A stretch of 64,000 nt of DNA from an uncultured Desulfosarcina sp. (GCA_963674945.2 CAXXWQ010000004.1:832001-896000), one strand, 5' to 3'; positions 48,423 through 61,370 are shown, counted from the stretch's first letter. Translations and numbers: made by a program. Notes: generated by a model not told the origin, from the letters alone.

Positions 48423-50075
48423 ATGGACTGGAAGACATTAACGAGTTTGGGTCGTTTCAAAGATATCGTCATGGTCCTACTCAGATACGGATTTGACGAT
48501 TTGGTCGATCGTCTCAACATTCCAGGAACCAAGTTCATGCGGAAAAAAAGTCCCATCGACCATCCGCTGAACACCTTTGAAAGAATCCGATATGCCTGCG
48601 AAGAACTGGGACCGACCTTTGTCAAGTTCGGGCAGATGGCGAGTCTGCGGCCGGATCTGGTGCCGCCGCCGTTGATCGATGAACTCAGCAAACTACAGGA
48701 TGACGTTGCGCCCGTGGATATATCGCAGATCAGCGAAGTGATTGAACAAAGTTCCGGCAAACCGCTCAAGGAAACGTTCAGCGTTTTTGATGTGGCGCCG
48801 GTGGCGGCGGCTTCCATCTCCCAAGTCCATCGCGGCGTTTTGGCGGCGGATGGGCGTATCGCATCTGTCAAAGTTCAACGCCCGGACATTCGGACCAAGA
48901 TGCGAACCGACCTCGACATCCTGGCGATCCTGGCGGAACAACTACACGAGCGCATCGAAGAACTCAAGAGTTTCAACCTTCCCAATCTCGTTCGCTTGAT
49001 TAAAAAAACCCTGCTCCGTGAGCTCGATTTTAGAAGAGAAGCACGCTACATGAAAATTGCACGCGCCTATGCGGGCGAAGCGGCCGATGTCTATATTCCA
49101 GAGGTTTTTGAAGCGTATTGCTCGGAACACCTACTCGTGATGGAATTCATCCAGGGCACGAAATTGAAAGATTTCAAGCGCGAATCCATCGCCGATCCCG
49201 AATTGCTGGCAAGGCAGGGCATTGTCGCCGTCATCGATCAAATCCTCAAACACGGTTTTTTTCATGCCGATCCGCACCCCGGAAATATTCTGATCACCCA
49301 AGACGGTCACATGTGTTTGATCGATTGGGGAATGACGGGGCGGCTATCGGAACGCGACCGCCACCAGCTCATCGGCTTGTTGCAAGCGGTGTTGGAAAAA
49401 GACGGCGAAGCCATAGTTTACACCCTTTTGCGTATCGGCCGTGCCGAAGCGGCCATCGACCAAAGGGGTCTTGAGCGGGACCTGCTGGATATCCTGGACC
49501 TTCACTACGCGGTTCCCATCCAGGACCTGAATATCGGTCAGTTGCTCATGGCGATTACGGATCTTTTGCGGACCTATCGCCTCCGGTTGCCCGCAGACTT
49601 GGTGATCATGATCAAGGCGCTGGTCGCCGCCGAAGGAACAGCCCGGCTCATCTATCCCGAACTGGATGTGGTATCCGAGGCCAAGGCGCATATTTCCAAG
49701 CTGGCAGCCCAGCGGTACACACCCGAATCGGTGTTGCGCCGCCTCCGCTTCGCCGTGTCCCAGTTGTTCAGTTTGCAAAAGGAGATTCCGAGTCGCTTGG
49801 AGAGCCTGCTGGGTAAGGCCGATCGCAATGAACTGACACTGGGATTCCGGCACGAAAACCTTTCCGGCCTTATCGACACTCTTGAAAGCGTGGCCAGCCG
49901 TGTGACCTTCGGCATCATCATCGCGGCCATGATCATCGGATCCTCGATGATCATCATCACCGGTGTCAGGCCGCTTTTGTTTGGTTTCCCCGTCTTGGGC
50001 GTCATCGGGTATCTGTTTTCCGGACTGATAGGCATCTGGCTGCTGATCAACATCATTCGCAAACGAAAGTATTGA
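48423..50075 (+). CDS. ABC1/UbiB-family atypical kinase
   Basis: ELGPTFVKFGQ, AAASISQVH, VKVQRP, FFHADPHPGN, DWGM. Confidence 0.93.
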   Translation: MDWKTLTSLGRFKDIVMVLLRYGFDDLVDRLNIPGTKFMRKKSPIDHPLNTFERIRYACEELGPTFVKFGQMASLRPDLVPPPLIDELSKLQDDVAPVDISQISEVIEQSSGKPLKETFSVFDVAPVAAASISQVHRGVLAADGRIASVKVQRPDIRTKMRTDLDILAILAEQLHERIEELKSFNLPNLVRLIKKTLLRELDFRREARYMKIARAYAGEAADVYIPEVFEAYCSEHLLVMEFIQGTKLKDFKRESIADPELLARQGIVAVIDQILKHGFFHADPHPGNILITQDGHMCLIDWGMTGRLSERDRHQLIGLLQAVLEKDGEAIVYTLLRIGRAEAAIDQRGLERDLLDILDLHYAVPIQDLNIGQLLMAITDLLRTYRLRLPADLVIMIKALVAAEGTARLIYPELDVVSEAKAHISKLAAQRYTPESVLRRLRFAVSQLFSLQKEIPSRLESLLGKADRNELTLGFRHENLSGLIDTLESVASRVTFGIIIAAMIIGSSMIIITGVRPLLFGFPVLGVIGYLFSGLIGIWLLINIIRKRKY

Positions 50076-50271
50076 TCCGCCATTTGGTTCTAACTTTTCT
50101 TAAAATGCAAGGCTATAAAGGGGCAGTAAAGGTATCTCCAACTTAGCTGCAAATCTTCATGGCCTTTGGAGCGCATAATAGGTTCGCTACAGGAAAGCTT
50201 GTCACAGCGTTGGCTTTGAACGGGGATCCGATTCGGGGGCGTCGTCGGGTTACCTTAGGAAAAGCGGCTGA

Positions 50272-52238
<1,967 letters not shown>

Positions 52239-52246
<8 letters not shown>

Positions 52247-52577
52247 AAACTTGAAAATCAAAAGCGCGAAAGATCGAACGGCGTTCAGTCAGGAGATCGG
52301 CGCCAAGACGGCGCGCAAACTCCGTGCGCAACGTCACGTCACCCGAACCGTCTGGTTTGGCCTGGGCATGATGGGACTGATCGGCTGGTCGGTGGCGGTT
52401 CCGACGCTGCTCGGCGCGGCGCTGGGTATCTGGTTGGACCAACGCTATCCGGGAGGTCACGCCTGGACGCTGGCTTTGCTGGTTGTGGGCCTCGCGATCG
52501 GGTGTTTGAATGCGTGGCACTGGGTGGCCAAGGAAGACAAGGCCATACGGGAGGAACAGGAGGATAATGATGAATGA
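52239..52577 (+). CDS. atpQ: N-ATPase AtpQ (AtpZ/AtpI-like) subunit
   Basis: GLIGWSVAVPTLLGAALG.WLD...GCLNAWHW. Confidence 0.85.
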
Positions 52578-52884
52578 AGCTTTGAGTCTGGCACCGGCCA
52601 TGGTAACGGGCGTTTTGCTCGGTGTGATGTTCTTTGGCGGTCTTTGGTGGACGGTTCGCAAGGGCTTTTCGTCCAAACAGCCGGCGCTTTGGTTCTTCGG
52701 CAGCCTTCTGCTGCGAATAAGCATTGCCCTGGCTGGATTTTACTTTGTTTCCGACGGTCATTGGGAGCGTCTGCTGGTGTGTCTCCTTGGATTTGTCCTG
52801 GCACGCCTTATCGTGACGCGGCTCACCGGCCCGCAGGTCGAACACCACAACCCCCCATCGAAGGAGGCCGGTCATGCGTCTTAG
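52567..52884 (+). CDS. atpR: N-ATPase AtpR subunit
   Basis: G..LG..FFGGLWWTV...S.LLR. Confidence 0.85.
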   Translation: MMNEALSLAPAMVTGVLLGVMFFGGLWWTVRKGFSSKQPALWFFGSLLLRISIALAGFYFVSDGHWERLLVCLLGFVLARLIVTRLTGPQVEHHNPPSKEAGHAS

Positions 52885-53569
52885 TCCTGACGCGATTATC
52901 TTCTGGCAACACGGGTTTTTCAAACTCAACGCCACTATCGTATTCACGTGGGGACTGATGCTCGTGCTGGCCGTAGGCGCGAAGCTGATCACGCGTAAAC
53001 TTTCCATCGACCTGAAACGTTCCCGCTGGCAGAACCTTCTGGAAATCGTTGTCACCGGCATCGAGAAACAAATTGAAGAGGTCGGCCTGAATCAGCCGCA
53101 TAAATATATAGGCTTTCTGGGCACGCTCTTTCTGTTTGTCGCCGCAGCCGCCCTCTGCACCGTCATACCCGGCTACGAACCGCCGACCGGCTCGCTCTCG
53201 ACCACGGCGGCCCTGGCGCTGTGCGTGTTTGTCGCCGTGCCGTTCTTCGGCATCGAAGAACAAGGGGTGGGCAACTACCTCAACTCCTATGTGAAGCCGA
53301 CGTTCATCATGCTGCCGTTTAATATCATCAGCGAACTTTCGCGCACGCTGGCCCTGGCTGTTCGTCTGTTCGGCAACATGATGAGCGGCGCGATGATTAT
53401 CGGTATCCTGCTCACGATTATGCCCTTCATCTTTCCGATCATCATGACGGCGCTCGGCCTGCTCACCGGCATGGTGCAGGCCTATATCTTCAGTATCCTG
53501 GCAGCGGTTTACATCGCGGCCGCCACGCGTGTCCGTAAACCCAAGCCTGAACCCGAGGCCAAACCATGA
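52874..53569 (+). CDS. atpB: N-ATPase a subunit
   Basis: LALAVRLFGN, VQAYIF. Confidence 0.95.
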   Translation: MRLSPDAIIFWQHGFFKLNATIVFTWGLMLVLAVGAKLITRKLSIDLKRSRWQNLLEIVVTGIEKQIEEVGLNQPHKYIGFLGTLFLFVAAAALCTVIPGYEPPTGSLSTTAALALCVFVAVPFFGIEEQGVGNYLNSYVKPTFIMLPFNIISELSRTLALAVRLFGNMMSGAMIIGILLTIMPFIFPIIMTALGLLTGMVQAYIFSILAAVYIAAATRVRKPKPEPEAKP

Positions 53570-53600
53570 GACTTGAACTGTTACAACAAAAGGAGAACCT

Positions 53601-53882
53601 ATGGATAACATGACAATTATCGCGGTGGCATCAATTGTCATCGCCGGTATCACCACCGGTTTCGGCACGATGGGGCCTGCGCTGGCGGAAGGCAGGGCGG
53701 TCGCAACGGCGCTGAGTTCGCTGGCCCAGCAGCCCGATGCATCCGCAACGATTACCCGGACCTTGTTCGTGGGATTGGCGATGATCGAATCCACGGCAAT
53801 TTATTGCTTTGTGGTCTCGATGATTCTGATCTTCGCCAATCCGTTCTGGAACCATGTCATCGCCCAAGCCACAGGAAAGTAA
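53601..53882 (+). CDS. atpE: N-ATPase c subunit, Na+-binding type
   Basis: LAEG (inner-helix Glu), QQP loop, ESTAIY. Confidence 0.95.
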   Translation: MDNMTIIAVASIVIAGITTGFGTMGPALAEGRAVATALSSLAQQPDASATITRTLFVGLAMIESTAIYCFVVSMILIFANPFWNHVIAQATGK

Positions 53883-53886
53883 AGCT

Positions 53887-54741
53887 ATGTTAATCGATTG
53901 GTTCACGGTCGGAGCACAGACGCTCAACTTTCTCATTCTGGTGTGGTTGATGAAGCGCTTTCTTTACAAACCGATTCTCCATGCCATTGATGAGCGCGAG
54001 AAGCGAATAGCCGAGGAACTCGCGAACGCCGATAAGAAAAAGGCCGAAGCCCAAAAGGAGAGAGATGCATTCAGGCACAAAAACGAAACGTTCGACCAGC
54101 AACGGGCGGCGCTCTTGAGCAAAGCGACGGACGAGGCCAAAGCCGAAGGTCAGCGACTCCTCGACGAAGCGCGCCAGGCCGCTGACGCCTTGAGCGCCAA
54201 GAGAATGGAAACGTTGCGAAACGACGCAGGCAACTTACGTCAGGCCATCAGCCGGCGCACCCAGCAGGAAGTATTTGCCATCGCGCGAAAGGCGCTGACG
54301 GGTCTTGCCACGGCAAGTTTGGAAGAACGCCTGGGCGAGGTGTTTACTCGTCGCTTGAGAGAGATGGACGGCCAGGCCAAAGCGGGCCTCGCCGAGGACC
54401 TTAAGACCGCAACCGACCCCGCGTGCGTGCGCAGTGCGTTTGACCTGCCTGAGGAGCAACGCGCGGCGATACAAAATGCGCTCAACGAAACCTTCTCGGC
54501 TGAAATCCATGTCCGGTTCGAGACCGCGCCGGACCTGATCAGCGGCATTGAACTCAGCACCAATGGACAAAAAGTGGCGTGGAGCATCGCTGATTATCTG
54601 GCATCCCTGGAAAAGGGAGTCGACGAACTTTTGAAGGAGAAGGACAAAGCTGAGATCAAAGCCGATCCTGAGCCTGAAGCCACGGCTGAATCTAAGCCTG
54701 AGGCAAAAGCCGAGCCTGAGCCCGAAATGGAAAGCCAATGA
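53887..54741 (+). CDS. atpF: N-ATPase b subunit (long, delta-fused type)
   Basis: [27 protein letters not shown]. Confidence 0.92.
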   Translation: MLIDWFTVGAQTLNFLILVWLMKRFLYKPILHAIDEREKRIAEELANADKKKAEAQKERDAFRHKNETFDQQRAALLSKATDEAKAEGQRLLDEARQAADALSAKRMETLRNDAGNLRQAISRRTQQEVFAIARKALTGLATASLEERLGEVFTRRLREMDGQAKAGLAEDLKTATDPACVRSAFDLPEEQRAAIQNALNETFSAEIHVRFETAPDLISGIELSTNGQKVAWSIADYLASLEKGVDELLKEKDKAEIKADPEPEATAESKPEAKAEPEPEMESQ

Positions 54742-56276
54742 ATATGGAACCCGAGAGCCTCCAAAACATTTTTAACAGCGCATTTGCCGAAATAAGCCAG
54801 GTGCGGGAAGCATTCACACCGCAACTGACCCCACGGGAGGTGGGCACGATTACTAGTGTCGCCACCGGCATCGCCAAGGTATCGGGTCTTCCCGGCGTGG
54901 GTTTTGATGAATTGGTGAGGTTTCCGGGCGATGTGCTCGGCATTGCGTTCAACCTGGACGCGGACGAAATCGGCGTCGTTCTGCTCGGTGAATACTGGCA
55001 TCTGCACGCGGGCGATGAGGTTCAGCGCACGGGCCGGGTCATGGACGTGGCCGTGGGCGATGGATTGCTGGGGCGCGTCGTCGACCCCCTCGGTCGGTCA
55101 CTTGATGGCAACGGGCCGGTGGCCGCAAACAAGCGCCTGCCCGTCGAACGCCCCGCCGCGCCCATCATGGACCGCGCACCCGTCACGGTGCCGCTCCAGA
55201 CCGGCATCAAAGTCATCGATGCGCTCATTCCCGTTGGGCGCGGCCAACGCGAGTTGATTCTCGGCGACCGCCAGACGGGCAAGACCGCCATTGCGATCGA
55301 CACCATCCTGAATCAGCGCGGTAAGGATGTCCTGTGCGTTTATTGCGCCATCGGTCAGCGCGCGTCCGCCGTCGCCAAGGCCGTGGCAACCTTGCGGGAA
55401 AAGGGAGCCATGGATTACACCGTCCTCGTCGTAACCGAGGGCAACGACCCGCCGGGTCTGGCTTACATCGCGCCCTACGTTGCCACCAGCATCGCGGAGG
55501 CTTTCACGGAAGCGGGCCGGGATGTGCTGATCGTCTATGACGACCTCACCCATCACGCGCGCGCCTACCGCGAACTGTCTCTCTTGCTGCGCCGTCCACC
55601 CGGTCGCGAAGCGTTTCCCGGCGACATCTTTTATATCCACTCGCGGCTGCTCGAACGTGCGACGCACTTGCGCCGGGAGCGCGCGGGGGGATCGCTAACC
55701 GCCCTGCCCATCATCGAGACCGAAGCACAGAACATTTCCGCCTATATTCCGACCAACCTGATCTCCATCACGGACGGACAGATCTACCTCTCGCCGTCGC
55801 TGTTCGAATTGGGCGTGCTGCCCGCAGTTGATGTCGGCAAATCCGTTTCGCGGGTCGGCGGCAAGGCCCAGCGCGCGGCCTACCGCGCGGTGGCCGGCGA
55901 CCTCAAGCTCGGCTACGCCCAGTTCGAGGAACTCGAAACCTTTTCCCGGTTCGGCGCCCGTCTGGATGAAGAGACCCGCAAGATTATCGAGCACGGACGG
56001 CGAATTCGCGCCTGCCTCAAACAGCCGGAATTCTCCCCGGTGGCCGTGCCTGCGCAAATCGCCGTGCTGCTGGCATTGACCGCCGAACTCTTCGACCGCG
56101 TGCCGCTTGACCGGATGCCGGACGCCGAGGAGGCCCTGCGCGCAGCGGCGGCGGATATACCGCCGAAGGTGTGCGAGCGATTGGACACCGCCGATAAATT
56201 GAGCGACGAGGATCGTGAAACGATTATCCAAATCGCCCGCCAATCGCTCGCGCGCTTCCAGCCCAAGGCAGACTGA
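54738..56276 (+). CDS. atpA: N-ATPase alpha subunit; native last 7 codons displaced by an insertion
   Basis: [28 protein letters not shown]. Confidence 0.97.
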   Translation: MNMEPESLQNIFNSAFAEISQVREAFTPQLTPREVGTITSVATGIAKVSGLPGVGFDELVRFPGDVLGIAFNLDADEIGVVLLGEYWHLHAGDEVQRTGRVMDVAVGDGLLGRVVDPLGRSLDGNGPVAANKRLPVERPAAPIMDRAPVTVPLQTGIKVIDALIPVGRGQRELILGDRQTGKTAIAIDTILNQRGKDVLCVYCAIGQRASAVAKAVATLREKGAMDYTVLVVTEGNDPPGLAYIAPYVATSIAEAFTEAGRDVLIVYDDLTHHARAYRELSLLLRRPPGREAFPGDIFYIHSRLLERATHLRRERAGGSLTALPIIETEAQNISAYIPTNLISITDGQIYLSPSLFELGVLPAVDVGKSVSRVGGKAQRAAYRAVAGDLKLGYAQFEELETFSRFGARLDEETRKIIEHGRRIRACLKQPEFSPVAVPAQIAVLLALTAELFDRVPLDRMPDAEEALRAAAADIPPKVCERLDTADKLSDEDRETIIQIARQSLARFQPKAD

Positions 56277-56317
56277 CCTCGATAGCATTGGCACGATATT
56301 TGAGAAGACAGAAAAAT

Positions 56318-56465
56318 GATCATATAAGACCAATGATTAAATATGACACTTTTTATGTGGCGGTTAATGACAGCCCTATATATGTTATTTTAACTGATTA
56401 TTCATATAAATCAAAATGGTGGGGGACGAGACGCTAAATGTTGGGAACCTGGCACAAAAATTGAG
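56318..56465 (+). promoter_or_regulatory. Sigma-54 promoter 3 with upstream tandem palindrome and IHF-like site
   Basis: GATCAtataAGACC-aat-GATTAaataTGACA at 56318-56348; AATCAAaatgGTG at 56409; TGGCAC-N5-TTGAG at 56450-56465. Confidence 0.7.
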
Positions 56466-56561
56466 TATATAAGAAGCATAAAAAGCAGTAAAAATGACTC
56501 GCCTGGAAAAAGTATTCCGGGAACTACCAAAAAAACAACAAATTAAAGGGAGGAAATTACC

Positions 56562-56651
56562 ATGAGTACGACAGGTCTCATCATTCTAATCGTAGTGTTG
56601 CTTTTAGTGTTCGGCGGGGGAGGCGGTTACTATTGGAGCAGACGACGGTAG
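56562..56651 (+). CDS. 29-aa single-pass membrane microprotein (MSTTGLIILIVVLLLVFGGGGGYYWSRRR)
   Basis: GGGAGG RBS, ATG...TAG; first ORF after promoter 3; not in the ORF track. Confidence 0.8.
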   Translation: MSTTGLIILIVVLLLVFGGGGGYYWSRRR

Positions 56652-56698
56652 GTGCTTCGGTGCTGTTTCTCACATTTTGACACTTTATATTGGCGACT

Positions 56699-56720
56699 GG
56701 CGGCCGGGAGGCCGCCTTTT
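56699..56720 (+). terminator. Intrinsic terminator
   Basis: ggcggcc-ggga-ggccgcc-tttt. Confidence 0.65.
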
Positions 56721-56870
56721 GCGTGGATAAACGACTACAAGGGGGCCGACTGATACCGCGGTCCAAGAACTTTATCTTGAGGATGGTAGAAAAGTTTTGT
56801 GAACTATCGAAATATAACAGAGGGGGAACAAACCATGTTGATGAAAATGATCAACGTAGGAGGATACATC

Positions 56871-57233
56871 ATGATTTTGAATGAATTGGCCAATCAAGTA
56901 AAAAAAGCCAGGAGTTCTCGAGCAAATGATATGCGGCGAAACAGGAACAAAAATATGGTCATAGGGGTCGGCATCGGCTCGGCAGTGGGGGTTGCGACCG
57001 GAATCCTGCTCGCCCCCAAATCAGGCAAAGAAACCCGGCAAATCATTGCCGAAAAAACCAGCGAAACCGCGAAGAATATTAAAGATAAGGTATCCGCAAC
57101 CAAAGCCAAAATATCCGCCTCGGCCGCGGAAAAAGGCTCTCGTTTGCGCGAAGCCGGTCAAAAAGGCGTTGAGGCCGTAAAAGAAGATTGGAAAAAATCA
57201 GGCGAAGATAAGAAGAAAGAATCCAATAAATAG
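56871..57233 (+). CDS. YtxH-domain protein
   Basis: G..IG.AVG...GILLAPKSGKETR; AGGAGG RBS. Confidence 0.88.
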   Translation: MILNELANQVKKARSSRANDMRRNRNKNMVIGVGIGSAVGVATGILLAPKSGKETRQIIAEKTSETAKNIKDKVSATKAKISASAAEKGSRLREAGQKGVEAVKEDWKKSGEDKKKESNK

Positions 57234-57280
57234 AGTCTGATAGTAATTACTTTTCAAAATGCAAAAAAAAGGATGGCCTT

Positions 57281-57612
57281 ATGCAAGGATCCATTACTTT
57301 GAATGAATTGGGCATATTCATCGTTTTAGTAAAATGGCTTCAGCCACGCTGCAAAGAAACCAAGATCATTTAAATCAAATCATTCCCAACATTAATGAGA
57401 TTTCAGAGAATACCGTAAGAATCAGCGAGGAGGTCAAAAGAAGCGTTGATGAGGCGGGTGAGGCCGTCAGAACCATTTCTCATGAAACCACTGATACGGT
57501 ATTGACGATCAATGAGACGGCTGAATATCTGGCAAAGTATGCCCTGGTGATTGGCGAAATTGTCAAGACGATGGTCAATATGTTTTCATCGAATGAGAAA
57601 GCCTCGAAATAG
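57281..57612 (+). pseudogene. Membrane-anchored coiled-coil (DUF948-like) gene, frameshifted or internally deleted
   Basis: ATG at 57281 (MQGSITLNELGIFIV) is out of frame with the coiled-coil ORF 57334-57612; YtxH neighbour. Confidence 0.5.
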
Positions 57613-57703
57613 GAGTTTTTGAGTAAAAAAACGGGGAATAATCTTATGGATTGTTCAACCTGCGCGGTCGTCTGGCGATAGGATAACAACGGGAAAAAAT
57701 ACC

Positions 57704-58906
57704 ATGCCAAACCATCCAAAAACAGGCGAAAGGCCGCGCTCGTTCCTTTCCTATTTGATACTGGGAGTGGCGCTATTTGCGTTCATCCAAACGTTCTCGC
57801 TGCTGTCTCCTATTCTGTTTTCGTTTCTGATGGTTCTGTTGATCTCGCTCGCAGTCAATCCCGTGATCTCACGGATGCGGGCTTTGAAGGCTGGAAGAAA
57901 AAGCGCGACGGGACTGATCGTGTCGGCATTGGTTGTTTTAATTGCCTTGACGGGCTGGGCTTTCTTCGGACCGATGAATGACGCGATCACCAAGCTCTCG
58001 GAACGGTTGCCCTCTTACTGGGAACGTCTCCAAAAGCCCCTGATCAAAATGGAGCAACAAGCAGTGCTTTCCGAGGAAAAACTCCAGACGGAAGTCACCA
58101 CTGAAATTGCCCGGATCGCGACAGATGAGGTCAAACACGAAGCCGCGCGACAAACCTCTAAACCGGCTTCGCCAAAAACTGCGAAAGAATCGGAATCTAT
58201 TCGTTCCAGGCTGAGCCAGATGATTCAGGGTGTGATCGGCAGTTTCACAGCGGTTGCGTTCAACGCGGCTCAGATGCTGGTCGTACTGGTGACGGTCTTC
58301 TTCGGCGTAATCTTTACGCTAATGAATCCACGCCCGATTTTCAGCGCGTTTTTTTTGATTGTACCCGAGCGCCACCATGAACAGACATTGATCATCCTGC
58401 AACGGGTTGGAAGATTTGTTCCCACCTGGGCATTTGCGACACTGCTGGCGATGCTGACAGTCGGCGTGTTGGTGTTTCTCCTCATGTGTCTCTTCTTCGG
58501 ATTTTTGGATGCCTTGGTGCTGGGGGTGATCGCGGGACTCTTCGAAGCGATTCCCTACCTGGGGCCCATCCTGAGCGCTGTGCCGGCCCTCTTGTTCGCC
58601 ATGGGCGAAGGCGGCATGACGCCGTTCTGGGTTTTGCTCTCCTACCTCGCCGTGCAGGTCTTAGAAAACAATATAATCTGCCCCCTGATCATGGCGCGCA
58701 GCATGAAGCTACATTCGGTGGCGGTGGTCTTTTCCATGCTTTTATGTGTCGCCGCCTTCGGGGTGCTGGGTGTTTTGATCGCCGCACCCCTGGTTGCCGT
58801 TGTAAAAATCGTGCACGACGAGCTTTATCGAAAGCGCTTTCTTCCAACGGTAACGGACGCAGACCTGGATCGTCTATCACAAATGGCCCTGCGCGAAAAG
58901 CATTGA
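57704..58906 (+). CDS. AI-2E (PerM/TqsA)-family transporter
   Basis: IPYLGP, Q.LENN...P.IM, G.LG.LIA.PL. Confidence 0.9.
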   Translation: MPNHPKTGERPRSFLSYLILGVALFAFIQTFSLLSPILFSFLMVLLISLAVNPVISRMRALKAGRKSATGLIVSALVVLIALTGWAFFGPMNDAITKLSERLPSYWERLQKPLIKMEQQAVLSEEKLQTEVTTEIARIATDEVKHEAARQTSKPASPKTAKESESIRSRLSQMIQGVIGSFTAVAFNAAQMLVVLVTVFFGVIFTLMNPRPIFSAFFLIVPERHHEQTLIILQRVGRFVPTWAFATLLAMLTVGVLVFLLMCLFFGFLDALVLGVIAGLFEAIPYLGPILSAVPALLFAMGEGGMTPFWVLLSYLAVQVLENNIICPLIMARSMKLHSVAVVFSMLLCVAAFGVLGVLIAAPLVAVVKIVHDELYRKRFLPTVTDADLDRLSQMALREKH

Positions 58907-59014
58907 TATCTTTTGATATTAACCGTTGAATGGTGACTGACAAACCGGGTGTTCTACACCCGGCGGCAAGTTCAACGCATAAGGCGCTGATAAGCCTGAA
59001 CCCGAGGAGAAGTC

Positions 59015-59911
59015 ATGAGCGAGACTACGGCGAGTTTGCGTCGCAAGATCAGCGGAGCCGGGGATCTCCAATCCGTCGTGCGCACGATGAAGGCCGTGGC
59101 CGCTTCGAGCATCGGACAATACGAAAAATCGGTGCGCGCGCTGGCCGACTACTATCGCACGGTGGCCCTGGGGTTGGGCGCATGCCTGCGGGAAAGCGGG
59201 CCGGCGCCCTTGACGGCGGAACGTAAAAGACAAACCGTTGCCAATGCGATTGGCGCGGTCGTGTTCGGTTCAGACCAGGGACTGGTGGGCCAGTTTAACG
59301 ATGTGGTAGCCGATTATGCGGTCAAGACGCTGACGGCTTTGGCGGCCAAACCCGCGATCTGGGCCGTTGGTGAGCGCGTTCATGCGCGTTTGGCGGACGC
59401 TGGCCTGCCGCTTTTGGGGCGCTTTTCCGTGCCGAACTCCGTCAAGGCCATCACCCCGCTCGTGGGGCAGATTCTCATGGAGAGCGAGACGCGCCGCAGT
59501 CAGGGTGAAGTCGCCGAACTTTACCTCTTCTACAACCGCCCCACGTCCGGGCCGGTTTATGCGCCCGTCAGTCAGCGACTGCTGCCGCTGGACGCAAGCT
59601 GGCGACGCAAACTGGCCGAACTCTCATGGCCGACGGGAAACTTACCCGAGGTCATGGGTGGCGGCACCGCGACCTTGGGGGCGCTCATCCGCGAATATCT
59701 TTTCGTCTCGCTCTTCCGGGCGTGCGCCGAATCCCTTGCCAGTGAGAACGCGAGTCGTCTGGCGGCCATGCAACGCGCCGACAAAAACATCGATGAATTG
59801 CTGGATGAGCTTAACCGGACATTCCATCGTTTGCGCCAGAGCGGCATCGACGAGGAACTGTTCGACGTCATCTCCGGTTTCGAAGCACTGACCGCAGAGG
59901 AGAAACAGTAA
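59015..59911 (+). CDS. atpG: N-ATPase gamma subunit
   Basis: SVVRTMKAVAA, GSDQGLVGQFN, SENASRLAAMQRA.KN, RQSGIDEEL. Confidence 0.95.
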   Translation: MSETTASLRRKISGAGDLQSVVRTMKAVAASSIGQYEKSVRALADYYRTVALGLGACLRESGPAPLTAERKRQTVANAIGAVVFGSDQGLVGQFNDVVADYAVKTLTALAAKPAIWAVGERVHARLADAGLPLLGRFSVPNSVKAITPLVGQILMESETRRSQGEVAELYLFYNRPTSGPVYAPVSQRLLPLDASWRRKLAELSWPTGNLPEVMGGGTATLGALIREYLFVSLFRACAESLASENASRLAAMQRADKNIDELLDELNRTFHRLRQSGIDEELFDVISGFEALTAEEKQ

Positions 59912-59938
59912 TGAAGAACTTGAAACGGGATCTGACCC

Positions 59939-61294
59939 ATGAATAAACTCAAGCAAATTTGGAGCCATCTGCGGTCAAGCTTTTGGTTTGTACCTTCGCT
60001 GATTGTTGCCGTGAGCATCGCCCTCGCGGTGGCTTTGGTTAAAGCGGGTTCCACCGGGAGTTACAGTGACCAATGGCTGGCCCGTTGGCCGCGCCTGTTT
60101 GGGGGCGGCGCGGAGGGTGCGCGCGGGATGTTGTCCACCATTGCCGGCTCAATGATGACCGTGGTGGGGGTCACGTTTTCGATGACCTTGGTAACGCTGG
60201 CGCTGGCTTCGAGTCAATACACCTCGCGCATTCTGCGAAACTTCATGCGTGACCGCGTCACGCAGGTCGTGCTCGGAATCTTCACGGGTATTTTCACCTA
60301 TTGCCTGATTGTATTGCGCACCATCCGCGGCAGCGACGAGATCGGATTTGTTCCGAACCTGGCAGTCTCTTTCGGTGTCGTCCTGGCCATCGGCGGCATC
60401 AGCGTCCTTATTTTTTTCATCCATCACATCGCCTCTTCGATCCAGGCTTCGACCATTATAGCCTCGGTTGCCGTTGAAACCATGGAGGCCATTGATCGGC
60501 TTTTCCCGGAGAAACTTGGACACTGGCCGGTTGACGGCGATGCGGATCAGCGACCGCTCCCTCTGTCGGAACAGCGCTGGCAGGTAGTCTCAGCTATGCG
60601 GAATGGATATATCCAAAGGGTGGATCACACAACGCTCCTGCGTTTGGCGCGGGAGCACCAGACCATCGTGCGGATGGAACGAGGCATCGGCGAGTTCGTG
60701 GTGCAGAACACAGCGCTGGCCTCGCTCGCTCTGGAGGACCCACCGGAAAAAGAGATCATCGCCGACCTGCAGGCGGCATATAGCATCAACCGTTTCCGCA
60801 CGGTGGAACACGATTCCGCCTTCGGCATCCGACAGATCGTGGATATGGCGATGAAAGCGCTCTCGCCCGGCATCAACGACACTACGACGGCCGTGATGAG
60901 CGTGGATTATCTGACGGCGATTCTGGCGCGGTTGGCCTCCCGGAACATCCCTTCATCACGCCGCTATGAGGAAGGGGAACTGAGGGTGCTCACCATCGGG
61001 CCGACCTTTGAAGAGTTGCTGGCCGAATCGTTCGATCAAATTCGAAGCAGCGCCACAGGCAATGTCGCCATCATGTTGCGAATGCTTGGCGCGCTTCAAA
61101 CCATCGCCGGTCTGACGGCCAAGCCGAGACGACGGCGGGCGCTTGGCGATCAAATGCTATGGATCGCCGAACTGGCCGAACGCACCCTGGCGTCCGCGCA
61201 TGACCGTGCCAGGATCGAAACGCGGCTGGCGTGCGTGCGCGAAGCGCTCGAAGCTGAACCTGCTATGAACGCAGGAGAAGAGAAGACAAACTAA
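59939..61294 (+). CDS. DUF2254-family membrane protein
   Basis: SFWFVP, LASSQY..R.LRNF..D, ALSPGINDTTTA. Confidence 0.88.
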   Translation: MNKLKQIWSHLRSSFWFVPSLIVAVSIALAVALVKAGSTGSYSDQWLARWPRLFGGGAEGARGMLSTIAGSMMTVVGVTFSMTLVTLALASSQYTSRILRNFMRDRVTQVVLGIFTGIFTYCLIVLRTIRGSDEIGFVPNLAVSFGVVLAIGGISVLIFFIHHIASSIQASTIIASVAVETMEAIDRLFPEKLGHWPVDGDADQRPLPLSEQRWQVVSAMRNGYIQRVDHTTLLRLAREHQTIVRMERGIGEFVVQNTALASLALEDPPEKEIIADLQAAYSINRFRTVEHDSAFGIRQIVDMAMKALSPGINDTTTAVMSVDYLTAILARLASRNIPSSRRYEEGELRVLTIGPTFEELLAESFDQIRSSATGNVAIMLRMLGALQTIAGLTAKPRRRRALGDQMLWIAELAERTLASAHDRARIETRLACVREALEAEPAMNAGEEKTN

Positions 61295-61370
61295 AAATGG
61301 ATCAGCGGGAGCGTTGGACGGACCATGCCCGGAAGTGCTCTCGTAAAAAGATAGAGGAAAGGGGAAACGT

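Larger units (their letters stand above)
56268..58994 (+). other. 2.7-kb insertion inside the 3' end of atpA
   Basis: Joining 56267 to 58995 gives FQPK-PEPEEKS* with an ATGA overlap onto atpG; AAG present at both junctions. Confidence 0.8.
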
